Shown: positions 28,773 to 41,838, counted from the stretch's first letter. The stretch: DNA of 64,000 nt from Alphaproteobacteria bacterium (GCA_038131935.1 JAYPQH010000037.1:32001-96000), one strand, 5' to 3'. Notes: a model not told the origin generated them from the sequence alone. Program-made: numbers and translations.

Positions 28773-30566
28773 ATGTTGTTAGAAAATGGACCAAGTGCTT
28801 ATTGTCGTCGTCTGCCTGATGCGAAGGTGGTGTGGGATGGAAATGTCTTACGTTCAAAAGAATTTGATGACATTTATTTTCATGTGGGAGATGGTCTGGC
28901 AGAAACATATCATGTTTTTTTGGACGGCACAGATTTTGTTCGTAGATTGCATCCTTCATCTGTGCATCATGTTATCGAAACAGGGTTTGGGACAGGGCTG
29001 AATTTTTTGGCAACCTGGTCATGTTTTCGAGAACATGCACCTTCCACGGCAAGGCTGCGTTTCGCATCGATTGAGGGCTATCCCCTTGAGCTCGATATGC
29101 TGAATGACATTCACAAAGTTTGGCCTGAACTGGGGGAGCTTACACGTGCCTTGCAAGCTAAGATGCCTCCAAGATGGCGTGGTGTTCATCATTGCTTTTT
29201 CGATGGAGGACGGGTGGAATTGATCCTTATCTATGCACCTATTGATGAGGTGTTGGGCCATTATGATCTCAAAGCGGACACTATTTTTTTGGATGGATTT
29301 TCGCCATCAAAAAATCCTGACATGTGGTCAGAAAAAGCATTAACAGCTTTGGCTGATAGCCTTCTTCCAGAAGGCCGCTTGGCAACATTTACAGCGGCAG
29401 GTCATGTGCGCCGCCAGTTGTCTGCTGCTGGTTTGCAGGTCGATAAAAAACCAGGGTTTGGGCGAAAGCGTGACATGACCTGCGCCACCAAGCCTGGCGG
29501 CAAAAAATTGGTTCGATCTAACTCTGAGGTAAATATCCTTGGAACAGGTATTGCTGCTGTATCAGTTGCCCGACAACTTAGCCATTTTGGGTTGAACCCA
29601 ACGCTTTTTGAGCCTGCTGGTGAGTTATTTGTGGGGGCATCTGGAAATGGAGTTGCCAATCAATTGCCACGTTTAGGGTTGGACAATTCTCCCGCCCATC
29701 GTTTTGCGCAAGCAAGTTTTGCCTTTGCCCGTGGTTGGGCTACCGATGAAGGTTTTTGCCTCGGTCAATCAGGCGTTCATCTTGCTACAGATGAAAAGAG
29801 CCACAAACGGTTTCAAACGATTTCTGAACAAAACTGGCCAGAAGATTACTTGGTTTTTATTAAGGGCGATGCATTGCATAAGCTCGTGGGCTTCTCTCAT
29901 CCTTGGGGTGGTCTTCTGCACCGAAAAGCAGGGTCTGTAGATGTCCGTGGATGGTTAGCTCATGCGCTATCACAATGGGAAGTAAAATTTGGCTGCCCAG
30001 AAAAAGATGACGAAAAGCTTTTGGTGATCGCACAAGGTAGCAAAAGCAAACAACATTACCACGACCTTCAACCCTACCTACCATTGCAATATCCCGCTGG
30101 ACAAATTTCAATAATGCCAAGCCAAGGCTTGGTAGGAGACATAGCCTTATCATATGGTGGTTATTTCACCCCAGCTAAGGATGGAGAACATATTTTTGGC
30201 GCGACATTTGAGCATAACCGTCTCGAGGATAACCATACAATTAACCCCTTAGGTCATGAGCATAACTGGTCTTTATTGCCCTCAGAACTTCAAAAATTGT
30301 TAGGGCCATTCAGCCCTCATGATCTCAAAGGAAGGGTTTCGTTCCGTGTTTCAGCTAGGGATAGGCTGCCTGCAATCGGTCGTCTGGATGAACGGCGTTA
30401 TCTTATTACAGCTTTAGGATCACGTGGTATGACATATGGGCCTTACGCAGGCTACCTACTCGCTTGTGATATCATGGGTTATCCAAGTTTTGCACCTCTT
30501 GATGTCCAGCAATCTCTTGATTGGCAACGATTTGCCCGCCGCGATAAACAGCAAGCTGTTCTTTGA
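28773..30566 (+). CDS. mnmC: Bifunctional tRNA mnm5s2U34 biosynthesis protein (MnmD methyltransferase + FAD oxidoreductase)
   Basis: S.EFDDIYF, ETGFGTGLNF, FLDGFSPSKNPDMW, KKPGFGRKRDM, GTGIAA, GASGN, ALGSRG. Confidence 0.92.
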   Translation: MLLENGPSAYCRRLPDAKVVWDGNVLRSKEFDDIYFHVGDGLAETYHVFLDGTDFVRRLHPSSVHHVIETGFGTGLNFLATWSCFREHAPSTARLRFASIEGYPLELDMLNDIHKVWPELGELTRALQAKMPPRWRGVHHCFFDGGRVELILIYAPIDEVLGHYDLKADTIFLDGFSPSKNPDMWSEKALTALADSLLPEGRLATFTAAGHVRRQLSAAGLQVDKKPGFGRKRDMTCATKPGGKKLVRSNSEVNILGTGIAAVSVARQLSHFGLNPTLFEPAGELFVGASGNGVANQLPRLGLDNSPAHRFAQASFAFARGWATDEGFCLGQSGVHLATDEKSHKRFQTISEQNWPEDYLVFIKGDALHKLVGFSHPWGGLLHRKAGSVDVRGWLAHALSQWEVKFGCPEKDDEKLLVIAQGSKSKQHYHDLQPYLPLQYPAGQISIMPSQGLVGDIALSYGGYFTPAKDGEHIFGATFEHNRLEDNHTINPLGHEHNWSLLPSELQKLLGPFSPHDLKGRVSFRVSARDRLPAIGRLDERRYLITALGSRGMTYGPYAGYLLACDIMGYPSFAPLDVQQSLDWQRFARRDKQQAVL

Positions 30567-30575
30567 TCTTTGGGC

Positions 30576-31457
30576 TCAGATGCGTGCACGTCCAACTTTT
30601 GATCCATTGGCTCTCTCCAGAACAGAACCAATCCATTGTCCCGTCCTGATGAGGCTATCAAGATCAATACCTGTATTGATACCAAGACCTTCCAGCATGT
30701 AAACAACATCCTCGCTGGCAACATTACCTGATGCACCTTTTGCATAGGGGCACCCTCCAAGCCCACCAACCGAGGCATCAATGATAGAGATATCTTCTTC
30801 GAGACAGGAGAGTATGTTGGCGAGTGCTTGGCCATAAGTATCATGAAAATGCAGTCCAATGCGATCGACGGGTACGACCGTTTTGACGGCTTTGATCAAT
30901 GTCCGTGCTTTGTATGCGGTTCCTACACCAATCGTGTCACCCAAAGATATATCATGCGCACCATGCTCAAGCATCCATTCTGCTATTTCAACGACACGAG
31001 ATACGGGAACCTCACCTTCATAAGGGCAACCAAGAACACAAGATATATATCCGCGTATACGAATATTTTCGGCATTCGCCATCGCCATGACAGGAGCGAA
31101 CCGCTCGAGTGATTCAGCAATAGAGCAATTGATATTTTTATGTGAAAAGGTTTCACTGGCGGCGCCAAATACTGCTATATGGTCTGCGCCCGCTGTTATG
31201 GCGGCTTGTAGGCCTTTCATATTGGGGACAAGAACAGGAAACCGAAATGGTTCATGGGGAAGGGCTTCCAAAATAGTATCTGTGTTGGCCATTTGAGGTA
31301 CCCATTTGGGTGAAACAAAACTACCCACCTCAATATGAGGGCAGTTGGCGGCCCGTAATTTTTCAATCAAGGTAAGACGCGTTGCAATATCCAAGGCTTT
31401 AACTTCATTCTGAAGGCCATCGCGTGGACCCATTTCAAATATTGTCATGGCTGTCAT
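30576..31457 (-). CDS. liuE: Hydroxymethylglutaryl-CoA lyase
   Basis: EMGPRDGLQNE, SFVSPKWVPQMA, HFHDTYGQAL, GLGGCPYAKGASGNVASED. Confidence 0.95.
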   Translation of the reverse strand: MTAMTIFEMGPRDGLQNEVKALDIATRLTLIEKLRAANCPHIEVGSFVSPKWVPQMANTDTILEALPHEPFRFPVLVPNMKGLQAAITAGADHIAVFGAASETFSHKNINCSIAESLERFAPVMAMANAENIRIRGYISCVLGCPYEGEVPVSRVVEIAEWMLEHGAHDISLGDTIGVGTAYKARTLIKAVKTVVPVDRIGLHFHDTYGQALANILSCLEEDISIIDASVGGLGGCPYAKGASGNVASEDVVYMLEGLGINTGIDLDSLIRTGQWIGSVLERANGSKVGRARI

Positions 31458-33438
31458 GATGCTGTTTCCAATGTCATTAGGGTTTGGCCTTCATGCACTT
31501 GGTCTCCCTCGTTGACGCGTATATCATCAACAATAACGGTTTGTGGTGCACGAAATGTGGTGATAATTTTCATGGCCTCCATGGTAATCAATGGTGATTG
31601 AGAGGCGACGATATCACCCTTCCCGACATGAATTTGTGTGATCTGACCAGGAATTTCTGCTCGAATGATATTGTCCATTGCCAAGTCATCTTGTTGTTGA
31701 GCAAGCGCATCAAAAATCTCAAAAGACCAGCTTCCATCTACCGTTTGAACAAACACGGTATTTTGGTGTCTCAGGACATACCCGTGGGTTGGTTGACCAT
31801 CGAGGCAGATGGATAATCTTTTGTCCATAAATCCAGAGATTTCGGCGAATATTTCTGCGCCTTCTGAGTCTATGATCATGTAGCCATCTTTTTGGGGAAT
31901 AAGGCTTAATGTGCAGGGGTGACGTCCCACAAAGTTGATGTCATGGCGTGGGTTCATGTTCAACGCCCAATCCCAACTTCGTAAATAGGGATTATGGTTA
32001 TCAATGGGGTCTGGGTTTTCTTGGCTTGTTTTTCAGAGAAAGAGGGCCGCCAGAACCTGTGCTTGGAGAGATTGATCAGAGCGCGACGTGACTTGTTCAA
32101 GATGTTCATCAATAAAGCGTTGACATTTGCCCTTGTTGAAAGACTTCTGTTGAGAGCAATTGAAGAAGGAAATCACGGTTGGTGTCTATTCCTGCTACAA
32201 ATGTTTGAGCCAAAGCCTCTTTCATGAGCGTGATAGCCTGAGATCGATTGTCTGCGTGAACAATCAGTTTGGCGATTAAAGAATCGTAAAATGGAGATAT
32301 TCTATCTCCCGAAAACACCCCGCTATCGATACGAAGACCATCCATTTGGGGAAACTCAAGTGCAGAAATTTTCCCCGTTGATGGCCGAAATGCCTCATGA
32401 GGCACTTCTGCGCAAAGTCGAACCTCAATGGCATGACCCTGTGGCTTTAGAGTGTGGCTAGGGGAGTTTTTCCCTTGTGCGATTTGTAATTGCCAAGCCA
32501 CCAGATCTAGGTTTGTAATCATTTCGGTGATGGGATGCTCTACCTGTAGCCTTGTGTTGATTTCAAGAAAATAAAAGCAATCATCTTCATCTAATAAGAA
32601 CTCAACTGTGCCCGCACCTTGATAACCAATTCCTGTTATTGCTTTGCATGCGGCATCACCGATTTGCTCCAATATATTGTCGGGAATAAAGGGTGCGGGG
32701 GCTTCTTCAATGACTTTTTGATGTCTGCGTTGAAGTGAACAGTCGCGCGTAAACAAATGCCGCACCCCACCATGGGCATCTGCAAAGACTTGGACTTCAA
32801 TATGCCGAGGGTTAGGCAAAAATTTCTCAATCAGGACATGAGCATCCCCCGAAACTGGTAGAGGCCTCTTGACGGGCTGCAAGAATGGCTTCTTTTGCAT
32901 CGTCACCATCGCGCACCAAGCGCATGCCTCTGCCTCCACCTCCCGCGACGGCTTTGATCAAAGCAGGTCGACCAATTTCCTCAATTGCTGCACATAATTT
33001 GTCACTATTTTGGTCATCACCATGATAACCAGGAAGGGTAGGGACTCCAGCTTTTGTCATGAGTTGTTTTGCCATGGCTTTATTGCCTAGAGCATCAATC
33101 GCATCGGCGGGTGGGCCCACAAAAATAAGACCAGCTTCTTGAATGGCTTGGGCGAAGCTGGCCCTCTCTGATAAAAATCCATACCCTGGATGAATAGCAT
33201 CAGCGCGGGATAATCTCGCTGCTTGCATGATATGATCACTATTTAAGTAAGACTCAGTGGCTGGGCTGTTTCCAATACATACAGCCTCGTCTGCATAACG
33301 GACATGGGCCGCGTATCTGTCAGCTTCAGAAAAAACGGCGATGGTTGTCATGCCCAATGTTTTTGCTGTTTTCATAATGCGAATAGCGATTTCACCACGG
33401 TTCGCAACCAAAAGACGTTGAATAGATTTATTGGTCAT
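31454..33438 (-). CDS. liuD: 3-methylcrotonyl-CoA carboxylase alpha (biotin carboxylase + biotin carrier), split by frameshifts
   Basis: LLVANRGEIA, IHPGYGFLSE, AGGGGRGMR, RDCSLQRRHQKV, EINTRLQVEHP, biotin motif EAMK. Three ORF pieces inside the liu operon. Confidence 0.9.
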
Positions 33439-34220
33439 GTGATTGTTACCCATGAAGGTTTTTCTTTCGCAAAAAATGCCTGAAGGCCGTGCTGGGCCTC
33501 AGGTTCCATTCGTTTATCTGCAATGCGTCGCGCTGTCTCTTCCGACATATGCGTATCAATGGGTTTTTTATGCACCCATTGCACCAAAGCCTTGATATCT
33601 TGTTGTGCTTGGGGTCCACCTGCCAAAAGCTTGGTAAGTAAATCATGACAAGCATCGTCAAGATTGTCTTCTATGGCGCCCACAAGCCCAAAAGTTTTTG
33701 CACTTTGGGCATCAAATTTTTCTCCCGTGAGCATAAGGGCTTTGGCATGCCGAGGCCCCATAGCTTCCACAACAAAAGGGCTGATGGTAGCTGGTGTGAG
33801 CCCAAGTCGGACTTCTGATAAGCAAAAAAGACTTTCAGGATGTGCTATGGCAAAATCACATGCCGCCACCAAGCCAACACCACCGCCGAATACGGGGCCG
33901 TGTGCTAAGCAAATTGTTGGTTTTGGGAATTTGTAAAGACGTTCAAGCATTTTTGCCAATTTTCGTGCATCATCGAGATTTTCTGAATGGTCAAAATGAG
34001 CCATGGACTTCATCCAGTGTAGATCAGCACCGGCACAAAATGCACGCCCCGAACCACGTAAAACCAACGCGCGAACTTTTGTGTCTTCTGCTAAGCATAT
34101 CAGCTGCTGATCTATTTCTGCGATCATCGATGCATCAAACGCGTTATATATTTCTGGGCGATTGAGTGTTAGCCAAGCAATTTGTTGGCCATCTCTTTCC
34201 ATATGTACATAATGGTTCAT
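33435..34220 (-). CDS. liuC: Methylglutaconyl-CoA hydratase (crotonase family)
   Basis: LNRPE.YNAFD, FCAGADLHWM, GGGVGLVAACD, FCLSEVRLGL.PATI. Lies between liuB and liuD. Confidence 0.88.
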   Translation of the reverse strand: MNHYVHMERDGQQIAWLTLNRPEIYNAFDASMIAEIDQQLICLAEDTKVRALVLRGSGRAFCAGADLHWMKSMAHFDHSENLDDARKLAKMLERLYKFPKPTICLAHGPVFGGGVGLVAACDFAIAHPESLFCLSEVRLGLTPATISPFVVEAMGPRHAKALMLTGEKFDAQSAKTFGLVGAIEDNLDDACHDLLTKLLAGGPQAQQDIKALVQWVHKKPIDTHMSEETARRIADKRMEPEAQHGLQAFFAKEKPSWVTIT

Positions 34221-34232
34221 CCCAGCCTCCCT

Positions 34233-35840
34233 TCACATTCGGAAAACGCCAAATGCTGTGTCTTCAATGGGTGCATGCTGCGTAGCCTTTAACGATAGTG
34301 CTATGACTTTTCTGGTATCTAAAGGGTCAATAATGCCATCATCCCATAATCTTGCTGAAGCATAATAAGGATGGCCTTGTTCCTCATATTGAGCTGTAAT
34401 CGGCGCTCTAAATTTAGCCTCTTCCTCTGATGTCCATTCTTCTGAACGGGACTCCATTTGAGCTTTTTTTACTGTTGCCAACACGTTAGCGGCTTGTTCA
34501 CCTCCCATGACAGAAATACGTGCATTGGGCCACATCCATAAAAATCTTGGAGAAAATGCACGCCCACACATGCCATAATTCCCTGCCCCAAACGAGCCAC
34601 CCGTGATGATTGTTATCTTGGGAACCTTCAACGATGAAACTGCGGTTACCAATTTTGCCCCAGCTCGCACGATACCTTCATTTTCATATTTTTTGCCCAC
34701 CATGAAACCCGTGATATTTTGCAAAAATAGGACGGGTATTTTTCTTTGTTCGCAGAGCTGTAGGAAATGGGCGCCTTTTTCTGCAGCCTCAGCAAAGAGG
34801 ATGCCATTGTTCGCTAATATGCCTACTTGAAATCCCCAAATTTTTGCAAAACCTGTGACCAAGCTTGTTCCAAAGCGCGCTTTGAATTCATCAAATTCAG
34901 ATCCATCAACAATCCGTCCAATCACTTCCCGGATATCAAAGGGTGTACGGAGATTATCAGGTATAATTCCATAAAGGTCTGAAATATTTAGTTTGGGGGG
35001 TTTGGGATCATTCTGGGTAAAGGCTGGGTATTTGGTGTCGGGTAAGGTGGACACAATCTGGCGTATAATTGCCAACGCATGCAGATCATCTTCTGCAAGA
35101 TGGTCACAGACGCCGGAGAGACGGGTATGAACGTCACCACCTCCAAGTTCTTCCGCGGTTACATCTTCTCCTGTGGCAGCCTTCACCAATGGCGGACCTC
35201 CCAAGAAGACTGTGCCCTGATCTTTAACGATGATGCTCTCATCAGCCATCGCAGGCACATAAGCGCCCCCAGCTGTGCAAGAGCCCATCACAGCTGCAAT
35301 TTGGGCAATGCCTTGGGCAGACATGTTGGCTTGATTAAAGAAAACACGGCCAAATCCATCTTTGTCAGGAAAGATCTCGTCCTGTTTGGGCAAAAAAGCC
35401 CCTCCTGAGTCAACAAGATATATGCATGGCAAACGGTTTTGAGCCGCAATTTCTTGCGCGCGCAAATGTTTCTTTCCTGTCAATGGATAGTAGCTGCCTC
35501 CTTTTACGGTGGCATCATTGGCAAGAATCATGACTTGACGTCCAGAAACCTGTCCAACTCCTGCAATCAACCCAGCGGCGGGGACATCATCATCATACAC
35601 TTTCCACGCTGCAAATTGGCCGATTTCCAAAAAGGCAGTGCCTTGGTCCAAAAGCTTTTGAACACGGTCGCGAGGAAGCAATTTGCCCCGCTGTACATGT
35701 TTTTTTCTAGCATGCTCTGGGCCCCCGCGTGCGATCACTTCAACGTTCTTGCGCAGATCCGATACAAGCTGTGACATCGCCTCGTGATTTTGCTGAAATT
35801 CAGCGGTGCTGGGATCAATTTTTGTCAGGATAACAGCCAT
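34233..35840 (-). CDS. liuB: 3-methylcrotonyl-CoA carboxylase beta (carboxyltransferase)
   Basis: [55 protein letters not shown]. Confidence 0.95.
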   Translation of the reverse strand: MAVILTKIDPSTAEFQQNHEAMSQLVSDLRKNVEVIARGGPEHARKKHVQRGKLLPRDRVQKLLDQGTAFLEIGQFAAWKVYDDDVPAAGLIAGVGQVSGRQVMILANDATVKGGSYYPLTGKKHLRAQEIAAQNRLPCIYLVDSGGAFLPKQDEIFPDKDGFGRVFFNQANMSAQGIAQIAAVMGSCTAGGAYVPAMADESIIVKDQGTVFLGGPPLVKAATGEDVTAEELGGGDVHTRLSGVCDHLAEDDLHALAIIRQIVSTLPDTKYPAFTQNDPKPPKLNISDLYGIIPDNLRTPFDIREVIGRIVDGSEFDEFKARFGTSLVTGFAKIWGFQVGILANNGILFAEAAEKGAHFLQLCEQRKIPVLFLQNITGFMVGKKYENEGIVRAGAKLVTAVSSLKVPKITIITGGSFGAGNYGMCGRAFSPRFLWMWPNARISVMGGEQAANVLATVKKAQMESRSEEWTSEEEAKFRAPITAQYEEQGHPYYASARLWDDGIIDPLDTRKVIALSLKATQHAPIEDTAFGVFRM

Positions 35841-35841
35841 G

Positions 35842-37062
35842 TTAAGCGCTCATCTCAAACAATTGCCGGCCAATCAACATACGGCGGATCTCTGAGGTGC
35901 CCGCACCGATTTCATAGAGTTTAGCATCGCGTAGCAAACGCCCTGTTGGATAATCATTGATGTAGCCATTACCACCCAAAGTTTGAATGGCTTCAAGGGC
36001 CATCCATGTTGCTTTTTCAGCGGCATACAGAATGACCCCTGCTGCATCTTCCCTGGTGACCTGGCCACGATCACAAGCTTGTGCAACAGCATATACATAG
36101 GATTTCGTAGCGTTCATGGTTGTATACATATCCGCCAATTTACCTTGCATGAGCTGAAATTCACCAATGGGGCGACCAAACTGTTTTCGTTCATGAAGAT
36201 AGGGCATCACAACGTCCATACAGGCTTCCATGATACCAATAGGACCGGCAGCAAGAACAGCACGCTCGTAGTCAAGTCCTGACATCAATACGTTCACCCC
36301 ACGGCCCAAACCACCTAAAATATTCTCTTCAGGCACTTCACAATCTTCAAACACAAGTTCACCAGTGTGAGAGCCTCTCATGCCTAACTTGTCCAATTTT
36401 TGGGCAACTGAGAATCCAGGAAAATTTTTCTCAATGATGAAAGCTGTAATACCACGTTTGCCAGCCTCAGGATCAGTTTTGGCATAAACAACCAAGGTTT
36501 GGGCATCTGGGCCATTGGTAATCCACATTTTGGAGCCGTTAAGAATATAGCGATCACCTTTTTTTTCAGCGCGGAGTTTCATGGAAACAACATCAGAGCC
36601 CGCAGCTGGTTCGGACATGGCAAGGGCACCAACGTCTTCACCGCTTATCAAACCTGGTAAGTAACGCTTCTTTTGCTCGTTGGTTCCATTAAGACGGATT
36701 TGGTTCACGCAAAGATTTGAATGAGCTCCATAAGACAACCCAACAGATGCTGATGCGCGAGAAATTTCTTCCATGGCAATAACATGTTCGAGATAACCTA
36801 GACCCGTACCACCGTCTTCCTCGGGTACCGTCATCCCCAAAAGCCCCAAATTGCCCATCTTTGACCAGAGATCCATAGGAAATTCATCTGTACGGTCAAT
36901 AAGTGAAGCTCTAGGTGCAATTTGTTGGCTTGTGAATTCTCTTACTGATGTGCGGATCATATCTGCTGTTTCGCCCAAGTGAAAATCAAATCCTTGGTCT
37001 GGTCTTGGCAATACCACCATATGGTGGCCTGTGTTATGGCCCAATTGTTCCTGCTCACCCAT
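35842..37062 (-). CDS. ivd: Isovaleryl-CoA dehydrogenase
   Basis: [71 protein letters not shown] upstream of ATG 37062. Confidence 0.95.
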   Translation of the reverse strand: MGEQEQLGHNTGHHMVVLPRPDQGFDFHLGETADMIRTSVREFTSQQIAPRASLIDRTDEFPMDLWSKMGNLGLLGMTVPEEDGGTGLGYLEHVIAMEEISRASASVGLSYGAHSNLCVNQIRLNGTNEQKKRYLPGLISGEDVGALAMSEPAAGSDVVSMKLRAEKKGDRYILNGSKMWITNGPDAQTLVVYAKTDPEAGKRGITAFIIEKNFPGFSVAQKLDKLGMRGSHTGELVFEDCEVPEENILGGLGRGVNVLMSGLDYERAVLAAGPIGIMEACMDVVMPYLHERKQFGRPIGEFQLMQGKLADMYTTMNATKSYVYAVAQACDRGQVTREDAAGVILYAAEKATWMALEAIQTLGGNGYINDYPTGRLLRDAKLYEIGAGTSEIRRMLIGRQLFEMSA

Positions 37063-37357
37063 GGTTTCCTCCTGTTGATTATGCTGACATTCTATGGTCG
37101 CATTTTTGCTGTACACGCCTAGGATCTTGTCAACATTTTGATACCCATCTGCATGACATATGCCTCTAGAAAAAAGCTACCGTCAAACCACAAAAGCATT
37201 TCAAACCACACAAACGGGGTTCTTCAATCTTTGCTTGCTGACAAAAAAGCCAGTTGGGTTTGGCTTTATCTCCAGCTGAAACGTAAAATTTAGTTTTGAT
37301 GGATTGCACTCGGCGTTTCTTCAGGCCATGGTGGAGCAAATTTTTTGGGAGGAAGAT

Positions 37358-38247
37358 ATGGCAAAAATTGTTTTCTTTGGTTTAGGTAACATGGGACGCC
37401 CCATGGCACATAACTTACGCAAAGCGGGCTTTGAAGTGATAGGTCACGATGTCATGCCCAATGCTTGCGCAATGTTTCAAGATGAGGGCGGCGTGATAGC
37501 GGATGATCTCCCTCAATCCCTCTCCCAGGCCAACTTTGTGATTTCTATGTTGCCTGCTGGGCCTCATGTACGCGCACTGTATGAAGATATTATTCTTGGC
37601 CATGTTTCAGCTGAAGCTGTCTTGATTGATTGTTCAACCATTGATGTGGAATCCGCACGCGCTGTTGCTGACATGGCCCAACAGAAAGGACTGGATGTCT
37701 TAGATGCTCCTGTTTCAGGCGGTACGGTTGGTGCTGAAAATGGAACGTTGACGTTCATGGTTGGTGGTGCCGAGAAAGCCTTCATTCGTGCTCGTGAGGT
37801 TCTTGAAGCTATGGGTAAGAATATCATTCATGCAGGCGGTGCTGGAAATGGCCAGGCTGCCAAAATTTGTAACAATATGATGTTGGGCATCCAAATGATT
37901 TCCGTCGCGGAAGCGTTTAATTTGGCAGAGGCGTTGGGCTTAGATGCGGAGAATTTGTTCAATATCTCATCAACTTCATCTGGCCAATGTTGGTCACTTA
38001 CCAATTACTGTCCTGTTCCAGGTTTGGTGCCAACAGCCCCATCCAATCGGGATTATCAACCCGGCTTTTCTGCAAATATGATGCGCAAGGACTTAGGTTT
38101 GGCAGAGCAAAGTGCGCTGTCATCTCATGTGGCCACTCCATTGGGTGCGCAAGCGCTCTCCTTTACAAGATGTACTGCGCCGCAGGTGGCGGTGAGGTCG
38201 ATTTTTCTTCCATTATCCGCTTTTTGCGTAACGGTCAGACACAGTAA
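37358..38247 (+). CDS. mmsB: 3-hydroxyisobutyrate dehydrogenase (frameshift at ~38158)
   Basis: FFGLGNMGRPMA, DAPVSGG, AKICNNMML, YCPVPG. The natural C-terminus DFSSIIRFL is in the alternative frame ending at 38247. Confidence 0.92.
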
Positions 38248-38256
38248 GGAAACATA

Positions 38257-39312
38257 ATGTCTCATTGCCAAGTTGTTCAAAACGGATCCATCCTTGAAGT
38301 CACCCTTGATAGACCCAAGGCGCTCAATGCGATCACTATAGAGATGATTGATGAAATCATCTTTCAACTCGACCGCTTACAACAAGAAGATCATCTCGTA
38401 GGCATGGTATTGCTAGGCGGTGGTGGCAAAGCGTTCTCTGCCGGAGGGGACGTTCGTGCGGTTTATGACGATGGGCATCAAAACCCTCATCTTGCACCAT
38501 CTGATCAAACTGCACAGTTTTTTCTGCGTGAATATCAGATGAATTTGGCACTACATCGCTCTGAAAAACCAGTTGTTTCATTGGTTGATGGCATTGTCAT
38601 GGGGGGTGGTGTTGGCCTCTCATTTCATGGTGCACGTGCTGTGGTGACAGAGAATGCTCTGTTTGCCATGCCCGAAGTCGCTATTGGCTTTGTGCCTGAC
38701 GTTGGCGGGACTTATGCACTTTCCCACTGCCCTGGAAAACTGGGCCTACTTCTGGGTGTCACAGGTGCCCGTTTGAAGGGTCGCGAGATCCTTGATGCCC
38801 AATTGGTGCATGGGTTTATACAATCGGAGCATTTGGAGGTCTTGAGAGAGAAGTTATCTCGTGCCACAAGCCCAGAAAATGTTCTTGAAATAACAGATGC
38901 GCATATTGATCGTGAGCGACGTGAATTTCCTGACCTGTCCGTGATTGACCAGGCCTGTCAGGGGAGTATGAATGATATGGCAGAAGCCTTGAAAAATTCC
39001 GAGCATCCTTTCCTTCAAAAGGCCTATGCAGGTCTTACCCGTGGCAGTCCATTGGCATGTCATGTTGTGCATAAACAGCTTACCTCTGGACTTGGTCAAA
39101 ACCTCGTCGATGCCCTGCGTCTCGAATATCGCCTTGTGGTTCGCATGTTACGTAAAAAGGATTTTTATGAGGGTGTTCATGCCGTCCTGGTTGATAGATC
39201 CCATCAGCCAGAATGGCTCTACCCCTCAATATCCGATGTTCCAGAGTCGGAACTATCAGATATTCTGGAGCCAATTGATTTGCCCGATTGGGATCCTGAC
39301 AAACGTTACTAA
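38257..39312 (+). CDS. 3-hydroxyisobutyryl-CoA hydrolase (crotonase family)
   Basis: [52 protein letters not shown]. Follows mmsB. Confidence 0.88.
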   Translation: MSHCQVVQNGSILEVTLDRPKALNAITIEMIDEIIFQLDRLQQEDHLVGMVLLGGGGKAFSAGGDVRAVYDDGHQNPHLAPSDQTAQFFLREYQMNLALHRSEKPVVSLVDGIVMGGGVGLSFHGARAVVTENALFAMPEVAIGFVPDVGGTYALSHCPGKLGLLLGVTGARLKGREILDAQLVHGFIQSEHLEVLREKLSRATSPENVLEITDAHIDRERREFPDLSVIDQACQGSMNDMAEALKNSEHPFLQKAYAGLTRGSPLACHVVHKQLTSGLGQNLVDALRLEYRLVVRMLRKKDFYEGVHAVLVDRSHQPEWLYPSISDVPESELSDILEPIDLPDWDPDKRY

Positions 39313-40109
39313 CGGGGTTTCACCTTCATAGCTGTTTTTTGTGCAAAGGCTTCAAGCCGCTCTCTTGAAGCCTCTTGCGTATTAACAACACCGGCTATGA
39401 AAGCCTCCGCAAAGTAAGCTTCAAGTGCAGGCATGGACTGAATATGTGCTATCCCAGCGGTGATGGCATGGTTTGAAAGAGGGGGGTTGCTTGAGGCTTG
39501 ATGGGCCAACTCAACGGCCTTTTCAAGGCTTGGTCCTTCAACAAGATATTGGCACAAGCCTACATCAACAGCCTCCTGTCCGTGGTAAACACGACCAGTG
39601 AGCATCATGTCCACCATGCGGGCGCGACCAACAAGGCCCGCTACACGAACCGTAGCGCCACCACCTGTGAAGATGCCCCTTTGTCCCTCTGGTAAGGCAA
39701 AGTAAGTGGTTGGATCAGCCACCCTTATATGAGCAGCACTGGCTAGTTCTAAGCCTCCGCCAACAACAGCACCTTTCAGCGCAGCAATTACAGGAACACC
39801 ACCATACTCCATTTTGTTGAATGCATCATGCCACTTTTGGCAAATACGGGTGAATTCAGCTGCGGATCTGTCTTTATGATAATGTTCTACCAGATCAAGT
39901 CCTGCACAAAAATGATCGCCTTGCGCATGGAGGACCACTGCACGAATGCCAGAGGTAGGAATTTGCCCAAACAAGGTTTGTAACTGTGTCACAAAGTCTT
40001 CATCCAAAGCGTTGCGTTTGTCTGGGCGTGATAAGGTAACAATGGCGATGTCACCATCTTGGGTGACTTGGATATATTTAGATGAAAGTTTTTCCATAAC
40101 ATTATCCAT
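39309..40109 (-). CDS. Crotonase / enoyl-CoA hydratase family protein
   Basis: [42 protein letters not shown]. Confidence 0.9.
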   Translation of the reverse strand: MDNVMEKLSSKYIQVTQDGDIAIVTLSRPDKRNALDEDFVTQLQTLFGQIPTSGIRAVVLHAQGDHFCAGLDLVEHYHKDRSAAEFTRICQKWHDAFNKMEYGGVPVIAALKGAVVGGGLELASAAHIRVADPTTYFALPEGQRGIFTGGGATVRVAGLVGRARMVDMMLTGRVYHGQEAVDVGLCQYLVEGPSLEKAVELAHQASSNPPLSNHAITAGIAHIQSMPALEAYFAEAFIAGVVNTQEASRERLEAFAQKTAMKVKPR

Positions 40110-41598
40110 GTGTGGGCATCACAAATTGTGCATCACCAAAGTTATCATCCCATCTTGCTGTTATGGTTTTAATTTTGGTGTAAAATCTCACGCCTTCCAT
40201 TCCATGCTGGTTATGGCCGCCAAATGCCGAGGCTTTCCAGCCACCAAAAGTATGGAATGATAGGGGTACAGGAATTGGTACATTGATTCCGACCATTCCT
40301 ACCTGGACATGTTGCGCAAATTGCCGCGCAAAACGACCATCTTTTGTAAAAATCGCAGTGCCATTTCCATATTGATGATCAGATGGTAAGCGCGCGGCTT
40401 GTTCAAAATCATCTGCACGAACGATTTGCAGAGATGGCCCAAATATTTCCTCTTTGTAGGTTGTCATGTTGGCCGTCACATGATCAAAAAGACATGCCCC
40501 CATGAAGTAACCTCCCTCATACCCTTGGAGCGAGAAATCTCTTCCATCAACAATAGGTTTTGAACCCTCTTCGATAGCAAGGTCAAAATACTGGCGCACC
40601 TTGTCTCTATGTTCTTTGGTCACCAAAGGACCCATATCTGAGTCTGGATCCAATGAAGGCCCGATTTTCAGTGATTCAATACGTGGCTGAAGCCTCTCCA
40701 TCAGTGCTTCAGCTGTTCCTTTTCCAACGGCTACAGCAACTGGTGTGGCCATACAACGTTCCCCGGCTGACCCAAAGGCTGCACCCATAAGGGCATTTGT
40801 CGCCGCATCCATATCCGCATCTGGCATCACAAGTAAGTGGTTCTTCGCACCGCCCATGCATTGAGCTCTTTTCCCATGGGCTGTGGCTCCCGCATAAACA
40901 GCCTTGGCGACGGGGGTAGAGCCCACGAAGCTAATCGCTTGAATCGTCGGGTGCGCAAGTAAGGCGTCCACAAGCTCTTTGTCTCCATGGACAACGTTGA
41001 AGATATGCTCTGGCCCTCCAGCTTCCATGAACAATTCCGCCAGTCTTACCGGGCATGACGGATCCTTCTCTGAAGGCTTAATAATAATGGCATTACCACA
41101 GGCAACAGCAACGCCCATCATCCACAAAGGGATCATTGCTGGAAAATTAAAAGGAGTAATCCCAGCAACAACCCCTAAGGGTCGACGCAAAGAATACATA
41201 TCCACATTTGTGGAAACGCCATCTGAATATTCCCCTTTCAACAAATGTGGAACGCCCACAGCAAATTCTACGGCTTCTATGCCACGAACCACATCACCTT
41301 CCGCATCAGCGAGAACTTTTCCATGTTCTTGTGCGATCATGGTTGCCAATTCAGATTTATGCTCCCACAACAGTTGCTGATATCTTGCCATCACGCGGGA
41401 GCGTGTGATGACCGAGGTATTCCCCCAGTCTTCGGCGGCCCGCGCAGCATGAGTGCAGATATCGTCTAAATCATGAGGAGATGCGAACAAGACTTCGGCT
41501 TGTTGTTCCCCAGTGGTAGGGTTCATAACGGGTCCTCGACGCGTTCCCGTTCCTGCATAATGTTTGCCGCCTACAAAATGAAAAATTTCTCGCATCAC
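40102..41598 (-). CDS. mmsA: CoA-acylating methylmalonate-semialdehyde dehydrogenase
   Basis: [60 protein letters not shown]. Confidence 0.95.
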   Translation of the reverse strand: MMREIFHFVGGKHYAGTGTRRGPVMNPTTGEQQAEVLFASPHDLDDICTHAARAAEDWGNTSVITRSRVMARYQQLLWEHKSELATMIAQEHGKVLADAEGDVVRGIEAVEFAVGVPHLLKGEYSDGVSTNVDMYSLRRPLGVVAGITPFNFPAMIPLWMMGVAVACGNAIIIKPSEKDPSCPVRLAELFMEAGGPEHIFNVVHGDKELVDALLAHPTIQAISFVGSTPVAKAVYAGATAHGKRAQCMGGAKNHLLVMPDADMDAATNALMGAAFGSAGERCMATPVAVAVGKGTAEALMERLQPRIESLKIGPSLDPDSDMGPLVTKEHRDKVRQYFDLAIEEGSKPIVDGRDFSLQGYEGGYFMGACLFDHVTANMTTYKEEIFGPSLQIVRADDFEQAARLPSDHQYGNGTAIFTKDGRFARQFAQHVQVGMVGINVPIPVPLSFHTFGGWKASAFGGHNQHGMEGVRFYTKIKTITARWDDNFGDAQFVMPTHG

Positions 41599-41838
41599 AT
41601 CTCTCCTCTATGGTCCAGCCTGACGCGCCACGTGCCTTTACAGGCGCTTTGATACAAAGATTACTATGTCAGGTGCTGTATGTAGCAGATTAGGTAAAAA
41701 TACCAAGCCCTCAGCATTTTTATTGTTTGATAATGTTGGCGACGTCCCGTCCGGCTTTTGTATGTTTGAAAAATATCGTAACATATGTCGGAATTATTCC
41801 AGCAACAGAGTTAAGCGGTGCAACGAAAGGCGATTGAT

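Noticed and set aside
37117-37357. LiuR operator between ivd and mmsB
   Set aside because: Only half-site-like words (CGTCAA, ACGTAAA) are present, with no convincing TTACGT-N-ACGTAA dyad.
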